From assembly GCA_004764695.1 (NCBI GenBank), contig SMSO01000025.1:2914001-2978000 (forward strand): a stretch of DNA of 64,000 bases, written 5' to 3'. Within the stretch, counting starts at the first letter, position 1; each line of letters begins with the position of its first letter. The stretch comes from Schizochytrium sp. TIO01 (lineage: Eukaryota > Protista > Bigyra: Labyrinthulomycetes). Of the stretch, positions 38,401 through 48,875 are shown piece by piece. Position numbers and translations under genes: made by a program. The notes below the pieces were generated by a model, which was given only the letters and a program-made list of their open reading frames with translations, did not search any database and had not been told where the DNA came from.

Positions 38401-40107
38401 ATGGCGTCCGTAGATGTTGATGATAGTGATCGCCTCGACCGCGGCCTCCTCTCGAACTCCTCAAATGTAGGTGAAAATGAAGACGCCGACGCTCAGGAAA
38501 ACCTTGCCACAAAAAAGATCGACTTCTGGTCAGAGATGAAAGAGCTCAGTGTGCTCTCCCTCCCCGTCGCCCTCTCCACGCTCTGTCGTCTGGTTATTAT
38601 CAACACGGATACTGCCTTCCTTGGCCACCTTGGTACGAAGGAGCTCACTGCCGCCAGTTTCGGTAACACATGGAACCAGTTCCTTAGCAACATCGCCTTC
38701 GCACCCGGTTATGCGCTCAACTCTCTCGGTAGCCAGGCCATCGGTGCTGGCAACCCCAAGCTCGCTGGTGTCTGGCTCCAGCTCGCTATCTTTATCACCA
38801 CCATCATCTGTATCCCTGTTCTTGTCGGATACCTCTTCACCAAGCCGGTCATTGCCCTCATGGTCGACTCTGATGGCGTTCCTGAGCTCGCCCAGGAATT
38901 CAACCACGTTTCTATTCTTGTGCTTTGGCCTATGGTCATGTACATGATCATCCGTCAGTACTTCCAGTCCATGCAGATTGTCACCCCCGCAATGGTTGTC
39001 TCTGGACTCACTGTTGGTGTCAACTACCTCATGAACTACTTGTTCGTGCCCCTTGACGGACCTTTCCGCTGGGGCCTCAAGGGATCTCCCTTTGCTACCT
39101 TCATCTCCATGCTCTTCCAGATTGGCTGCTTCACCCTCTACACCATGGTCATTAAGGGTTACCACAAGCCGTACTGGGGTGGCTGGTCCTGGGACTTTCT
39201 TGAGAAGTCCCGTGTTGCACGCTTCTCCAAGATGGTCATCCCCATGGCTATTGGTATTGTGCTCGAGAACTCTGGTCTCCAGCTCATTTCCTTCTCCACT
39301 GGTCGCATCGGCACTAAGGACACCCGTGAGGCCCTTATTGCTGGTAATGCCATTCTCGCCAGTCTCTGGGGTGTCCTTTGGTCTCTCTACTGGGGCTGTG
39401 GTCTTGCTCTTCAGGTTCGTGTGGGTGCCTACCTTGGTCAGGGCAACGTGCACGGAGCTAAGCTCGTCGCCAAGATCTCGGTTGTGCTTGTTGTCATTAT
39501 TTGCTTTCTCGTTGGTCTTTTCACCTTCCTTTTCCGTGTTCAGATTGCCAAACTCTTCTCCAGTGACCCTGCTGTTATTGACGTTGTTGATGGTGCCATG
39601 TACGCACTGGTCATTGACTACTTCACTGCCTGCCTTGCTCTCTGTGGTGTCAACCTGCTCGAGGCAATGGCTCAGAACCGCATCCTCGCATTTACCCTTT
39701 CTGCTGGTATGTGGTGCGTCCAGGTCCCTTGCGCTCTTCTCTTTGCATACAAGGTCCCCTATTACAAGGAACACCCCGTCTCCGGTATCTGGATGGGCCA
39801 GGTCTGTGGTGAGGTCTTCAAGTTGACCATCCTCTGGACCTACATTGCACGTCTTGACTGGGATAAGATGTGCAGAGAAGCAAAGGAGCGCTCCGAGGCT
39901 GCCGAGGCAGCTACTACTGAGGCCGATGAGCAGCTGGAGCACCTTCTTGAGGAACATGACCCTGACTTTGAGCGTGAGTCCCAGGCCATCCCCATCGGCC
40001 GAGCTAACCACCTTGAGTCTGCCGAGACCATTGCCAACTCTATGCAGGCTGGTTCGATGAGTCCTTTTGTGGGTTCTCGTTCTCCCAAGTTTTTGCGCCA
40101 AATGTAA
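38401..40107 (+). CDS. MATE family (multidrug and toxic compound extrusion) transporter, 568 aa from first ATG
   Basis: DTAFLGHLGTKELTAASFG, LGSQAIGAGN, RQYFQSMQIV.P, RVGAYLGQGN; about 12 hydrophobic segments; the ORF-track start 38371 is TTG and the ATG is at 38401. Confidence 0.93.
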   Translation: MASVDVDDSDRLDRGLLSNSSNVGENEDADAQENLATKKIDFWSEMKELSVLSLPVALSTLCRLVIINTDTAFLGHLGTKELTAASFGNTWNQFLSNIAFAPGYALNSLGSQAIGAGNPKLAGVWLQLAIFITTIICIPVLVGYLFTKPVIALMVDSDGVPELAQEFNHVSILVLWPMVMYMIIRQYFQSMQIVTPAMVVSGLTVGVNYLMNYLFVPLDGPFRWGLKGSPFATFISMLFQIGCFTLYTMVIKGYHKPYWGGWSWDFLEKSRVARFSKMVIPMAIGIVLENSGLQLISFSTGRIGTKDTREALIAGNAILASLWGVLWSLYWGCGLALQVRVGAYLGQGNVHGAKLVAKISVVLVVIICFLVGLFTFLFRVQIAKLFSSDPAVIDVVDGAMYALVIDYFTACLALCGVNLLEAMAQNRILAFTLSAGMWCVQVPCALLFAYKVPYYKEHPVSGIWMGQVCGEVFKLTILWTYIARLDWDKMCREAKERSEAAEAATTEADEQLEHLLEEHDPDFERESQAIPIGRANHLESAETIANSMQAGSMSPFVGSRSPKFLRQM

Positions 40108-41508
40108 ACTGAGTTAGAGTGAACGAGTAAGCTGTATCTACAGCAGTAATACACATACCCCCAATACAACTCGCAATGCGTTTCTAGTCAGCCTAGTTAA
40201 CAAACAACAAGACACCGGTCCGGCGTCTCTACGATTGTCACTGGCAAGCTTTTTAATGTCTAGCTATTCGTGAGCATCATAATATTCTTTTTTTCTCTTG
40301 TCAACCTCGCTTGCATTCCTTTTAAGATTGGTTTACCTTTGTTCTTTAGTTTAGTCGCTCAATGTCCACCGTTTGCTTTTGTTGGCTTCTGTTTTACTTT
40401 TCCCCTTAAACTCATTCATCATTTATGTTTCCATAGTTCCTCACACGCGGCGGTCTTTCACTACCATAATATTATGTGAGAACATGTTTGCTTGGGCTTC
40501 GTCTGTTAGCTGAAGCACATCGAAGAATAGCCAAACGATCAAACTTGGAAAGGCAATAGAGAACAAAAACAGTTTTTGTTACGAATGTGCCACCAAGTGG
40601 AATTAATCCGCGACCCGCTTCGTACAGAACTGCATTGAGGTTATTTCTATCCTCATCAAATTCATCAAGCTTTATACTATACTATGCTATATATGTAATA
40701 AATCTTGGCGTCGGTGTATATAGCTCGTTCTACAGAATCCTATCTGCTGTATCTAAAAGAGGAACTATTCAAAGGTTGTGCTGAATCCTAAGAGCTGCTA
40801 CATACAAAAGTAGTGATTTTCAAATACGAAAGCTTCTTTCAGCCTTCTCCACGACCAGACTGTGCTTGAATATATATTAATTTTTCATGGTAACTACATC
40901 TTGTGGCCCACGACTTTAATACTTTTCAACCTCGCAGCGTGTGCATCACAAATAATTCTTCTACAGCGTTTATTTTTGGAGTCTCTCTTTGAGCTACAAT
41001 TAGTTCTGGACGTCCAGGATTTATAGTTGTTTACAAACTGAAAGTCAAAGTTTTAAAGCGTACTATGAATATTGTGAGAGGTAGGACTTACATAATGTCA
41101 CTATGGTTACTGTAGACTAAGGATTAATATCGTGCACGATACCTCTCAACGGTCACCAGGTCATTAAGTGTATGGATGATTCTTATATGAGGCTTTGTAA
41201 GCCTGCTTCGAGTTTACACCATCGCCTTCACGTGCTTGCCAACCAGTGAGACGCGATATTCGAGCACCACAGGTTGCTTGCTCTCAGACGAGCAGGCAAG
41301 ATATTAATTTTTCGTCAAAGGTGGACGCGGCACACACATGTTCAGACTCTAGGTTTGCTTTGGTAGGCAAACTCTAAACCTTCGTTGTCAGCTTCGAGAT
41401 TCTGCTTGACTAGCTTGTGCTGTGAGTTTCGAGCCTCGTAGCCACACCAGCGTAGAGTTATTAAGTAGTTTGGTCGTCGCGACGGCGAACTCGACAGGAG
41501 AAAGCTTC

Positions 41509-44448
41509 ATGCCTAAATCAGACAATGTTCAAGCGAAGTCACCAGAACCTTTATTTCTGATTACTTATCGAGAAAATCAGGACCGAAACACCGCCTACTC
41601 CCTCTCAGGTATTCGATCATTAGATTTACAGGAGGTTTTTGTAAAGTACTGCCGCTACGGGGCTCTTGAAAGTCATCCAGCTTGGCTTTCTGGGCCCAAG
41701 TTTGGACGTCTTTTGCAGGATGCGCATCTTCATGACATGCTTGGTGATCGAATAGACACGATTCTAACAACATATGTTGAAAACGATGACCTCAAAATGT
41801 CATTCACGGACCTGTTGCGTGCCCTTGGGCTCGTTGCAACTCTGGCCTACCCTGAAGCCCCAAGTTTTTCTGAGGCTGTGGAACACCTTTTACAAGAGCA
41901 TATTCTATGTCTTATTCAATCCGGCGACTTTGATAACCATGACACGGCAGCACCAACCCTAGTAAATGAAGATGATGGCACTACGCTTAATCAGGACGAT
42001 GAAATAACACCAACCTCAATGGCTCAGCACAAAGGAGAAGACTTGGAACACTCATCTACGTCAGTCTTAATGCATGCGGTATTTAAGGGACCACAAGAAG
42101 CTCCCATTCAATCTTGCCTTGATGAAGACTCTTCTCAAGATGAGCACTCCCATATGTCGCATGCATCCAATTCGGAGTTCTTTCAAATATCTCCAGGGAG
42201 AGATTCATCAAGTCTTGTTCACTCATGCATATATTCACACGGGAGCTCAGATGTATCTAATGGAGACCAAGAGAACTCTGATAACCAGATTCTTGTGCAA
42301 AATTCATGTTCTGCTTCTGTCTACTCTTCACAAGATGAAACCGAAGTCGATAGCGTGAATTGCGCATTAAGTGTTACCCCAAGCTTATGTAGTAGTGGCA
42401 TGGACTCATCTACAACTGCTGGAACTCCAGGACAGTCAATTGGAACAGACGCCCTTCCTTTAGACCCGTCAGAGTGCCTTCGAGGTGATGCTGGTCCTCA
42501 AATAGTCAACTTAGATGTGAAACAAGTTAATCTCTTGCGGGATATCTTTCATCAATACACACCTCATTGGTGTACTGCGGATGGAAAAAACATAGCATCT
42601 AAACGTTGCTTGCGGAACCCTGGGATGGAGTTTGCAGTGCATACAAGCAAAACGGTTAAAGCTCGAAAAAGACCGCGATTTATGTGGAGTACAACCATGT
42701 GCTTTGGAGGTTTCCTAAGTTTTGTGCAAGATTTCCAAATTGCATGTGCAAAGAGCGAGCATGTGATGCAGTCTTTTGTTGCGGCACTGGGAACGCGTCC
42801 TCTGCAAATTCGAAGCCACAAGGGGCTTGACTTCAGTGCATTCGTGCATGCTGCCACGGGGCTTGCTGCATTGGAAGCAAAGTCACGAGCACAACGCACC
42901 TTCATCCCTTTTGGCCTTGCTGTCCGCACGCTGATAGAAAAATGTGAGCGCCTATACATTGCAAATCGATGCATTTCTCCTGGTGTTTGTGTTTCCTGTA
43001 TCGAGCTTAACCATCGAGGCAAAGCTGATACTCGCTGGATGCCTCAGATTTGCGCTGAGGACGCTGCTACGTTGGCACTGCTTGACAAAGTTCAAGATCC
43101 TCTACAAACCATCTTTGCGCATTATTGTGACCATTCCTCGATTGGGAATATTAGTATAGATCCGTGTCGAGGAGGTCAGTGTGGAGGACCGCAGCCCCTA
43201 TTACCGGAATGCGCCTTTTGGGCATTCTGTCGAGATTTTGAGGTAGGTCCTCGCTTTCTCAACCGTGCGCAACTGTGCTCAATCTTTCAGCAGATGGTCT
43301 TCACGTCTCGAAGCCACAGAAAACAAGTTCTCTCGTTGCAAGAATCGCAAGGCGAGATATCTCCACGCCATAAGAACGCTCATGCTCACGAGCATGCCGA
43401 TGACGAAGTCGCCCTTGATACAATCTACAGTACATCGACGACTTCTCTCGCTGATGCATGCATAGCTAGCTCTGGTGCCAAAGACATCGTCTCTGCCGGA
43501 ATCAGCTATCCTGAATTCCTTGGTGTTCTGCTGTATGCTGCCATCAAAGGTCTGTCAAAGTATCCTTATGATCACCTTGCCTCCTCTACTCACGAAAAGG
43601 TGGCTCTCTTCCTGCAAAGACTCCAGATCTCACCATCCTTTTGCAAAATCCTCGGTCATCGAGCAAGCCTCAACCTCGGCACCCCAAAGTCCAAGCAAAA
43701 CCGCTGCCAAACTGCCAGTACACACCACGGCAATAACGGACCCCATACAGCAACTTCTTGTCCTCCATATTCCCGACGTTCACCGAGTACAGTAGGCGAA
43801 ACAGAATCCAAAGTCCCTTCACCTCCCAGACCTCCACGGCAGGATCAGCTGCAGCAACAGTCATCTGTGGCGGTGCATAGGGCCTCAGATAGGCCTCGCA
43901 GGCAATCAGTGGGCTCGATCTCAATTATATCGGGTCCGATAGAAGGCGTTGCGTTTAATTGCTTTGAAGGCATTTCTGTGTGCTCAAAGTACTCAGATAC
44001 ATCGTCAACAGCGTCGTCGGAGTGTTCGGTAGCACCAGTCTCCCAGGCTGAACGGCGTCGGCATCTGCAAGCAGAATACGACCTCGCCCTACGCCGCTCG
44101 CAATCTCAACAGCGCTCGCGCAAGCTCCAACAAAACGCGAGGTCCTCAGCGCAGACATCACTATCTTCGCATGGGCCAAAAGAAGCTTCCACAGCAAGAA
44201 AAGATCTCAGGAGTGTTAATTTGAGAGCAAAGCCACCAAAGGCAGAACCAATTAGGTCCTTGTTTGCGCCTCGTAATAGCGCGGAAGCCGTACGTAGAAG
44301 GACGGCGTCTCGAGGAGTTGTGAATAAACTCCCTACAACGACAAGGAAATCTGAGAACGTTTCTAATACTCTTGGACTCCTTGGCGAGTCGGAGATTTCT
44401 GACGAGGGCCTAACTCTTGAAGAGAAAATACAACACGCATTTCAGTGA
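41509..44448 (+). CDS. Hypothetical 979-aa protein with three p25alpha/TPPP-like (EF-hand-like) helical repeats and disordered Ser/Pro/Arg-rich linkers and tail
   Basis: Long open frame (first ATG 41509). Repeats LQEVFVKYC..LSGPKFGRLLQDA..MSFTDLLRALGLVA, LRDIFHQY..MCFGGFLSFVQDF..LDFSAFVHA, and LQTIFAHYC..FWAFCRDF..ISYPEFLGVL. The family assignment is by eye. Confidence 0.75.
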   Translation: MPKSDNVQAKSPEPLFLITYRENQDRNTAYSLSGIRSLDLQEVFVKYCRYGALESHPAWLSGPKFGRLLQDAHLHDMLGDRIDTILTTYVENDDLKMSFTDLLRALGLVATLAYPEAPSFSEAVEHLLQEHILCLIQSGDFDNHDTAAPTLVNEDDGTTLNQDDEITPTSMAQHKGEDLEHSSTSVLMHAVFKGPQEAPIQSCLDEDSSQDEHSHMSHASNSEFFQISPGRDSSSLVHSCIYSHGSSDVSNGDQENSDNQILVQNSCSASVYSSQDETEVDSVNCALSVTPSLCSSGMDSSTTAGTPGQSIGTDALPLDPSECLRGDAGPQIVNLDVKQVNLLRDIFHQYTPHWCTADGKNIASKRCLRNPGMEFAVHTSKTVKARKRPRFMWSTTMCFGGFLSFVQDFQIACAKSEHVMQSFVAALGTRPLQIRSHKGLDFSAFVHAATGLAALEAKSRAQRTFIPFGLAVRTLIEKCERLYIANRCISPGVCVSCIELNHRGKADTRWMPQICAEDAATLALLDKVQDPLQTIFAHYCDHSSIGNISIDPCRGGQCGGPQPLLPECAFWAFCRDFEVGPRFLNRAQLCSIFQQMVFTSRSHRKQVLSLQESQGEISPRHKNAHAHEHADDEVALDTIYSTSTTSLADACIASSGAKDIVSAGISYPEFLGVLLYAAIKGLSKYPYDHLASSTHEKVALFLQRLQISPSFCKILGHRASLNLGTPKSKQNRCQTASTHHGNNGPHTATSCPPYSRRSPSTVGETESKVPSPPRPPRQDQLQQQSSVAVHRASDRPRRQSVGSISIISGPIEGVAFNCFEGISVCSKYSDTSSTASSECSVAPVSQAERRRHLQAEYDLALRRSQSQQRSRKLQQNARSSAQTSLSSHGPKEASTARKDLRSVNLRAKPPKAEPIRSLFAPRNSAEAVRRRTASRGVVNKLPTTTRKSENVSNTLGLLGESEISDEGLTLEEKIQHAFQ

Positions 44449-44613
44449 TCGAGGGGTTCTTGCATTCGTCTGCGATTCAGATTGATATCGCAATCACTTA
44501 GTTTACTTCATTTACTTATATATCAACAGAACAGACAGAGGCGGAAAAGGATATTATTCGCTTATTGTGTTTGATTCTTACTTTCGCTGGGGAAGAAAAA
44601 AAGGGAATTCAAG

Positions 44614-45330
44614 ATGAGTCTTCGGGCAGAGTTTGAGGCGCGCCGCCAAGAGCTTTTGGAGCTTGAGAAGAAACTTAAGCGCAACGAGGATGAGGCATTG
44701 GCACTCCTTGAAGTTCTCAACTCGCCTGGGCCAGATGGATCTGCACCTGTGGGTCTTACCGGCAACCTTGTTGACGAAGAGGGATTTCCACGTGCAGATA
44801 TTGATATCCCGACTATTCGTAAGCATAGACATCGTCTGGCGATCCTTAAGACTGATCGCAAAGCACTAGAAAGAGATATTGAAGAGAAGCTTCATGAGCT
44901 ACATGAAGCCCAACGCAATCTCCCTGATGATGAGGAGGATGAAGATCAGAAGGAAAGCGCTAGGAATGAATCACAGGCCCGCACAGCCTTAGTAGAGCCT
45001 GCCACGCGGGTCCACTTGGGAAGTGAGAGTGGACTTGGTGATGATCTTGTTCCCTTGGCTCTCGTGAACCAAGTCTTTGACGGCTCGCCAGCCCAAGAGG
45101 CAGGCCTTGAAGAAGGCGACCGTATTGTACAATTTGGTGTTGTTCAATATGTTGCTGGAAGCTCGTATCCTAAGCCAGACCTTGGAGCTTTCGCAGCAGA
45201 AGCCAGCAGCCACTTTGAGCAGCCAATCAGTGTCCGTGCACTCCGTGGCGAAACAGTTGTAGAGTTGGAACTTACACCGCGTCGTTGGGGAGGTCAGGGC
45301 GTACTGGGCTGCCACATTATCCCGATTTGA
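44614..45330 (+). CDS. PSMD9: 26S proteasome assembly chaperone p27/Nas2 (Nas2_N + PDZ)
   Basis: VGLTGNLVDEEGFPRADIDI..IRKHRHRL...D; PDZ VNQVFDGSPAQEAGL; C-terminal LTPRRWGGQGVLGCHI. Confidence 0.95.
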   Translation: MSLRAEFEARRQELLELEKKLKRNEDEALALLEVLNSPGPDGSAPVGLTGNLVDEEGFPRADIDIPTIRKHRHRLAILKTDRKALERDIEEKLHELHEAQRNLPDDEEDEDQKESARNESQARTALVEPATRVHLGSESGLGDDLVPLALVNQVFDGSPAQEAGLEEGDRIVQFGVVQYVAGSSYPKPDLGAFAAEASSHFEQPISVRALRGETVVELELTPRRWGGQGVLGCHIIPI

Positions 45331-45593
45331 TAATAAATCGTTATCGCCTGGTTAATTTGTGTTATCTATCATAGGTAAATAATCTTTGTCAATTCATGTT
45401 GTTTTCCTTGTCGTTTCTAATTGGTGTAGCACTACATCATGTTTATTCATTTTTCATTGAGTTCTTTGTCCATTTAAACCTGCCCGAGATTGCAGCAACA
45501 TCTATTATTGATAAAAGGCTCTCTGGCAAGCAAGAGACCTATGAAACCCCATTTTTCATCGAGGCTTTCTTTTGCACTGCTGTCATGAGATTC

Positions 45594-45839
45594 TTATTCT
45601 TCTGAGGCTTCGTCGCGATCGAGGAGTGATTCAATCTCAAGCAGTTCATGCTCTTTGCGAGCGAGTCCTTGAGCTGTGTCAGGAAGGCGAAATCCTGGGC
45701 CTGTTCCACGCACACGAATGTAAACTGCGTTGCCGGCTTGCTTGGCCTCCTTGAGCGCTTCGATCTCTTGCGTCAGCTTCTCATGAAGTTCCAATAGCCG
45801 TAGACGCTCGGTCTTTGTAAGTCGAATCGCGGACTCCAT
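45594..45839 (-). CDS. 81-aa coiled-coil/beta-hairpin microprotein, prefoldin-beta/ASDURF-like
   Basis: ATG at 45839 (the track start 45908 is GTG). Helix-hairpin-helix pattern EKLTQEIEALKEAK..AVYIRVRGTGPGFRL..AQGLARKEHELLEIE resembles beta-prefoldin subunits. Confidence 0.55.
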   Translation of the reverse strand: MESAIRLTKTERLRLLELHEKLTQEIEALKEAKQAGNAVYIRVRGTGPGFRLPDTAQGLARKEHELLEIESLLDRDEASEE

Positions 45840-47415
45840 TGCTGACGCGTCGCTATCAATGAAACCGGAGTCGAGGCCCAACAGTCGCAGGAAGTGATTG
45901 ATGAACACAGACGATTGATGATTCTATTATATTTTGATGGACAATCTAGCTCGCTCCAAACATTGTACGAAAAGGAACAGCATTTTGAGAACACACATAC
46001 AACTTATTAATGGTAGTAGTTAAATGTGTTCCAATCCTATAGTGCAAAGATTGAAGCAAAGTTGACAAGTACAAAACCTTCATGAGATTTACAAAATAAA
46101 TCAACAAACAAATCCATCTCCAAAGGTGAAAACCGCTCTATCCATTAGAAGAGCACCTCCCATGTCTATTGAAGCAGACTGCGACAGTCTTTCAAGTGTC
46201 TTAACCGCTGAAGATATCTCTGAGAAGCAAACCAAGAATGCATTTCCTTTGTAACCTACTATCTAGGTACGTGCAAACTATCTAAGATTACCTGAAAGCT
46301 GATGGGGCTTCTGCCCTTTATATCTTCGTAGATAATAGTATTGCAGGAGACTACGAGTCTCATTCGAAATTACTAGGAGATGTAAAAGGTGGATTCTTGG
46401 CTCTCGTGCGACCGTACGCATGTCCTTCCCTTTGCGGAATTAATATAATTTGATAAACCAACCGAATACATAATAATTCTGCGCTAGTTCAAGTTCTCGC
46501 TCCCTAGGACAGCTTCCCTACTGCTTGTCAAAATCTACATCGCCTGCGAATTCTCAAGTCCTTTGCGTGTCCTCCCTCGAAAGTGCCATGTTTGACAAGA
46601 CGAAGCTCGCCACCCCAGAATACTCTTCGATTCTATACTTATTATTATACAAACTCTATCTAGTGTATCCTTGTTGACTGATTCGCCGACCCTCTCTGAA
46701 ATAATCTAGGTGTGTTCTCCAATAATAATATGTAATTCACTCCAGTGTGTATGTGAGGGACCCCACTGGCAAGGAGGCGGCCAATATGAAAAAGTTTCCA
46801 CTATGATGCCTCCGCTGTAACCCAGTCAACGTTTACAGCCTCTCAAGCTCTGGTTGAGGATCTTGAGGCTTTTCTTGGGGCCGTTTAAGAACTCTTTTCG
46901 AATCCCCCCCGGCTTCACTATGATATAGCGCATCTTCATATCCAATTCGAGCGCCTTCGAGGTGCAAAGTCCTTCTTTCTGCGAGGTTGTTTATAGTTTT
47001 TTTTGGCTTTTTTTAAAATTTTATCGTTAGCACTTAAATACCAGTTAATAGGCCTTCCCATCGAAATGATTCTTTTTATTTAATGATGAACTGTTAGATA
47101 TTGTAATGTTTTATGATAGTAAAGACACACATAAAATAAAATAGACGAGAATAATAAGATGAATCAATGCGAAGCCAAGTCCAAACCCACTTTCAGGCCG
47201 CTCAATCGGTCGCCCGCTCAAGCTTCCCTCGCTGGAGGCAAGGTCGGTCAGGCTCCGCAGCTTCGTTGGGATTTAGGATTCTTTCCACGCCGGTCGCTGG
47301 GACTGTATCCAGGGCTTGTATCTACAAGAGTCGAGCGTGGGATACCCTCGCCAGCGAGCTGATTTAGAAACAGATATTGGTGCTGTAAAGAGCGTCGTGA
47401 AAAAGGACTGTGAAA

Positions 47416-48291
47416 ATGGCTGCCTTTGCGGATGATGAGGATGAGTATGCCGAAGTGACGGATGAGGAGAAATTCGCCATCGCATCTCAGATTCTCCTTC
47501 AGTCGCCACCTGGCCAGATCAAGGAGGTGCTCAAGGACCTCAAGCACCTTTGCTCTGACGAGATTTTGACCGACGAGGCTGTCGCTGGGGTGTTTCATCA
47601 ATACAACAATACGATGCAGCAGGTCATTGGCCCCATTATTTGTGACGAGGCTACTGAAATTGAAGATCAGGTTTATATTGATCCTGCAGCGCAAACCTCT
47701 GTTCGTGTAGACCCTCTTCACCAGAAGGTCGAAGACGCCGATGCCTCCGCAGATTTCCCTTTGCCGGAATTCCCTGCAGACTTGCAGGAATACCGTGAGG
47801 CGATCGAGGCTGCCATGAACGGCTACATCTCGAAGCAGTTTGTCCCTGGCACCACCACGCTCAGCGTTGTCTGTGGAGCCACTGATTCAGAGCTTTTGGT
47901 AATCCTTTCAGGTGAAAAGATCAACCTCAAGAACTACTGGTCTGGACGCTGGCGCTCGCGCTTTATCGTTAGTCTCGAGGAAAAGTGTTTGTATGGATGG
48001 GTCAAGATCAACTGCCACACCTTCGAGGATGGCAACGTGCAGCTTAGTACCGAGAAGAACGTCGATGATGAAGCTCTTTCCTTTGATGACCCTGAGTCCC
48101 TTGGTGCTGCAGTTACTGACACAATCTCTACGATTGAGTCCAACGTCCAAGAATCTCTTGAAGATATGTACGTTAACATGAGCCAGGAGGCCTTCAAGGA
48201 TATGCGCCGTGCCTTGCCCATTACTCGGCAGAAGATGGACTGGAGTGGTGCTCAGATGCAACTCGCCAAGGGCTTTGGCAAATCAAAGTAA
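47416..48291 (+). CDS. CAPZA: F-actin capping protein subunit alpha
   Basis: LLQSPPGQIKEVLKDL, NYWSGRWRS, KINCHTFEDGNVQL, FKDMRRALPITRQKMDW; ATG at 47416. Confidence 0.96.
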   Translation: MAAFADDEDEYAEVTDEEKFAIASQILLQSPPGQIKEVLKDLKHLCSDEILTDEAVAGVFHQYNNTMQQVIGPIICDEATEIEDQVYIDPAAQTSVRVDPLHQKVEDADASADFPLPEFPADLQEYREAIEAAMNGYISKQFVPGTTTLSVVCGATDSELLVILSGEKINLKNYWSGRWRSRFIVSLEEKCLYGWVKINCHTFEDGNVQLSTEKNVDDEALSFDDPESLGAAVTDTISTIESNVQESLEDMYVNMSQEAFKDMRRALPITRQKMDWSGAQMQLAKGFGKSK

Positions 48292-48875
48292 GAAAGTAGC
48301 TATCTCGGCAACTCTCCTTGCTGGGTAAATGACCCGCGAGTGCCATACTCTGCACTACAACTCAGCTCCTGTTTTCTCTTTGGCGGAACTTTTATCCTGC
48401 CACGTCCCTCTTGTGAATACGTGACTACTGGTTAGAGGAGGACCTTCTCTCACTAGATTGAAGATGTCTATTTTAACCTTCCCCGCCTTTTTTTTCATGC
48501 AAAACACAACTCTTGCAATCGACCATTCGAAAATACCTTTACATATCAATTTTTCTGTTGTTTGAAGCTCCCATGTGCTCTTTAGTTCCTTTCCCGGGTA
48601 CCTTGTGAATTATGAACCCAACCTTTAATTACCCTACTTCATTCTTGCGTATCCTGGTTCAACAATGGACTCGTACATAACCATTTTTTGGAAGAACCTC
48701 TTATATCAACTTATCAACAAATGATTTGGACAAGCTACCGAAACCCATACGTTCGAAATATATACTCATGAAGATAGGAAAAGGTGCTGCGCCAAATTAG
48801 CATCGACAAAGAGCGACCAAAGCAAGTGAGCTAGATATTACTTACATTAGGTTCTTATCTACCATTAAAAATAAG

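Noticed and set aside
38530-40101. 523-aa antisense ORF over MATE
   Set aside because: Codon-bias shadow; no recognisable domain
40585-40635. Minus-strand GGTCGCGGATTAATTCCAC resembling a tRNA T-arm
   Set aside because: No TTCRA loop and no D-arm or acceptor stem could be built
41422-41508. Upstream non-ATG starts from the ORF track (also 38371, 45908, 47410, 49964, 55905)
   Set aside because: These are GTG/TTG starts; in a eukaryotic context the first in-frame ATG was used
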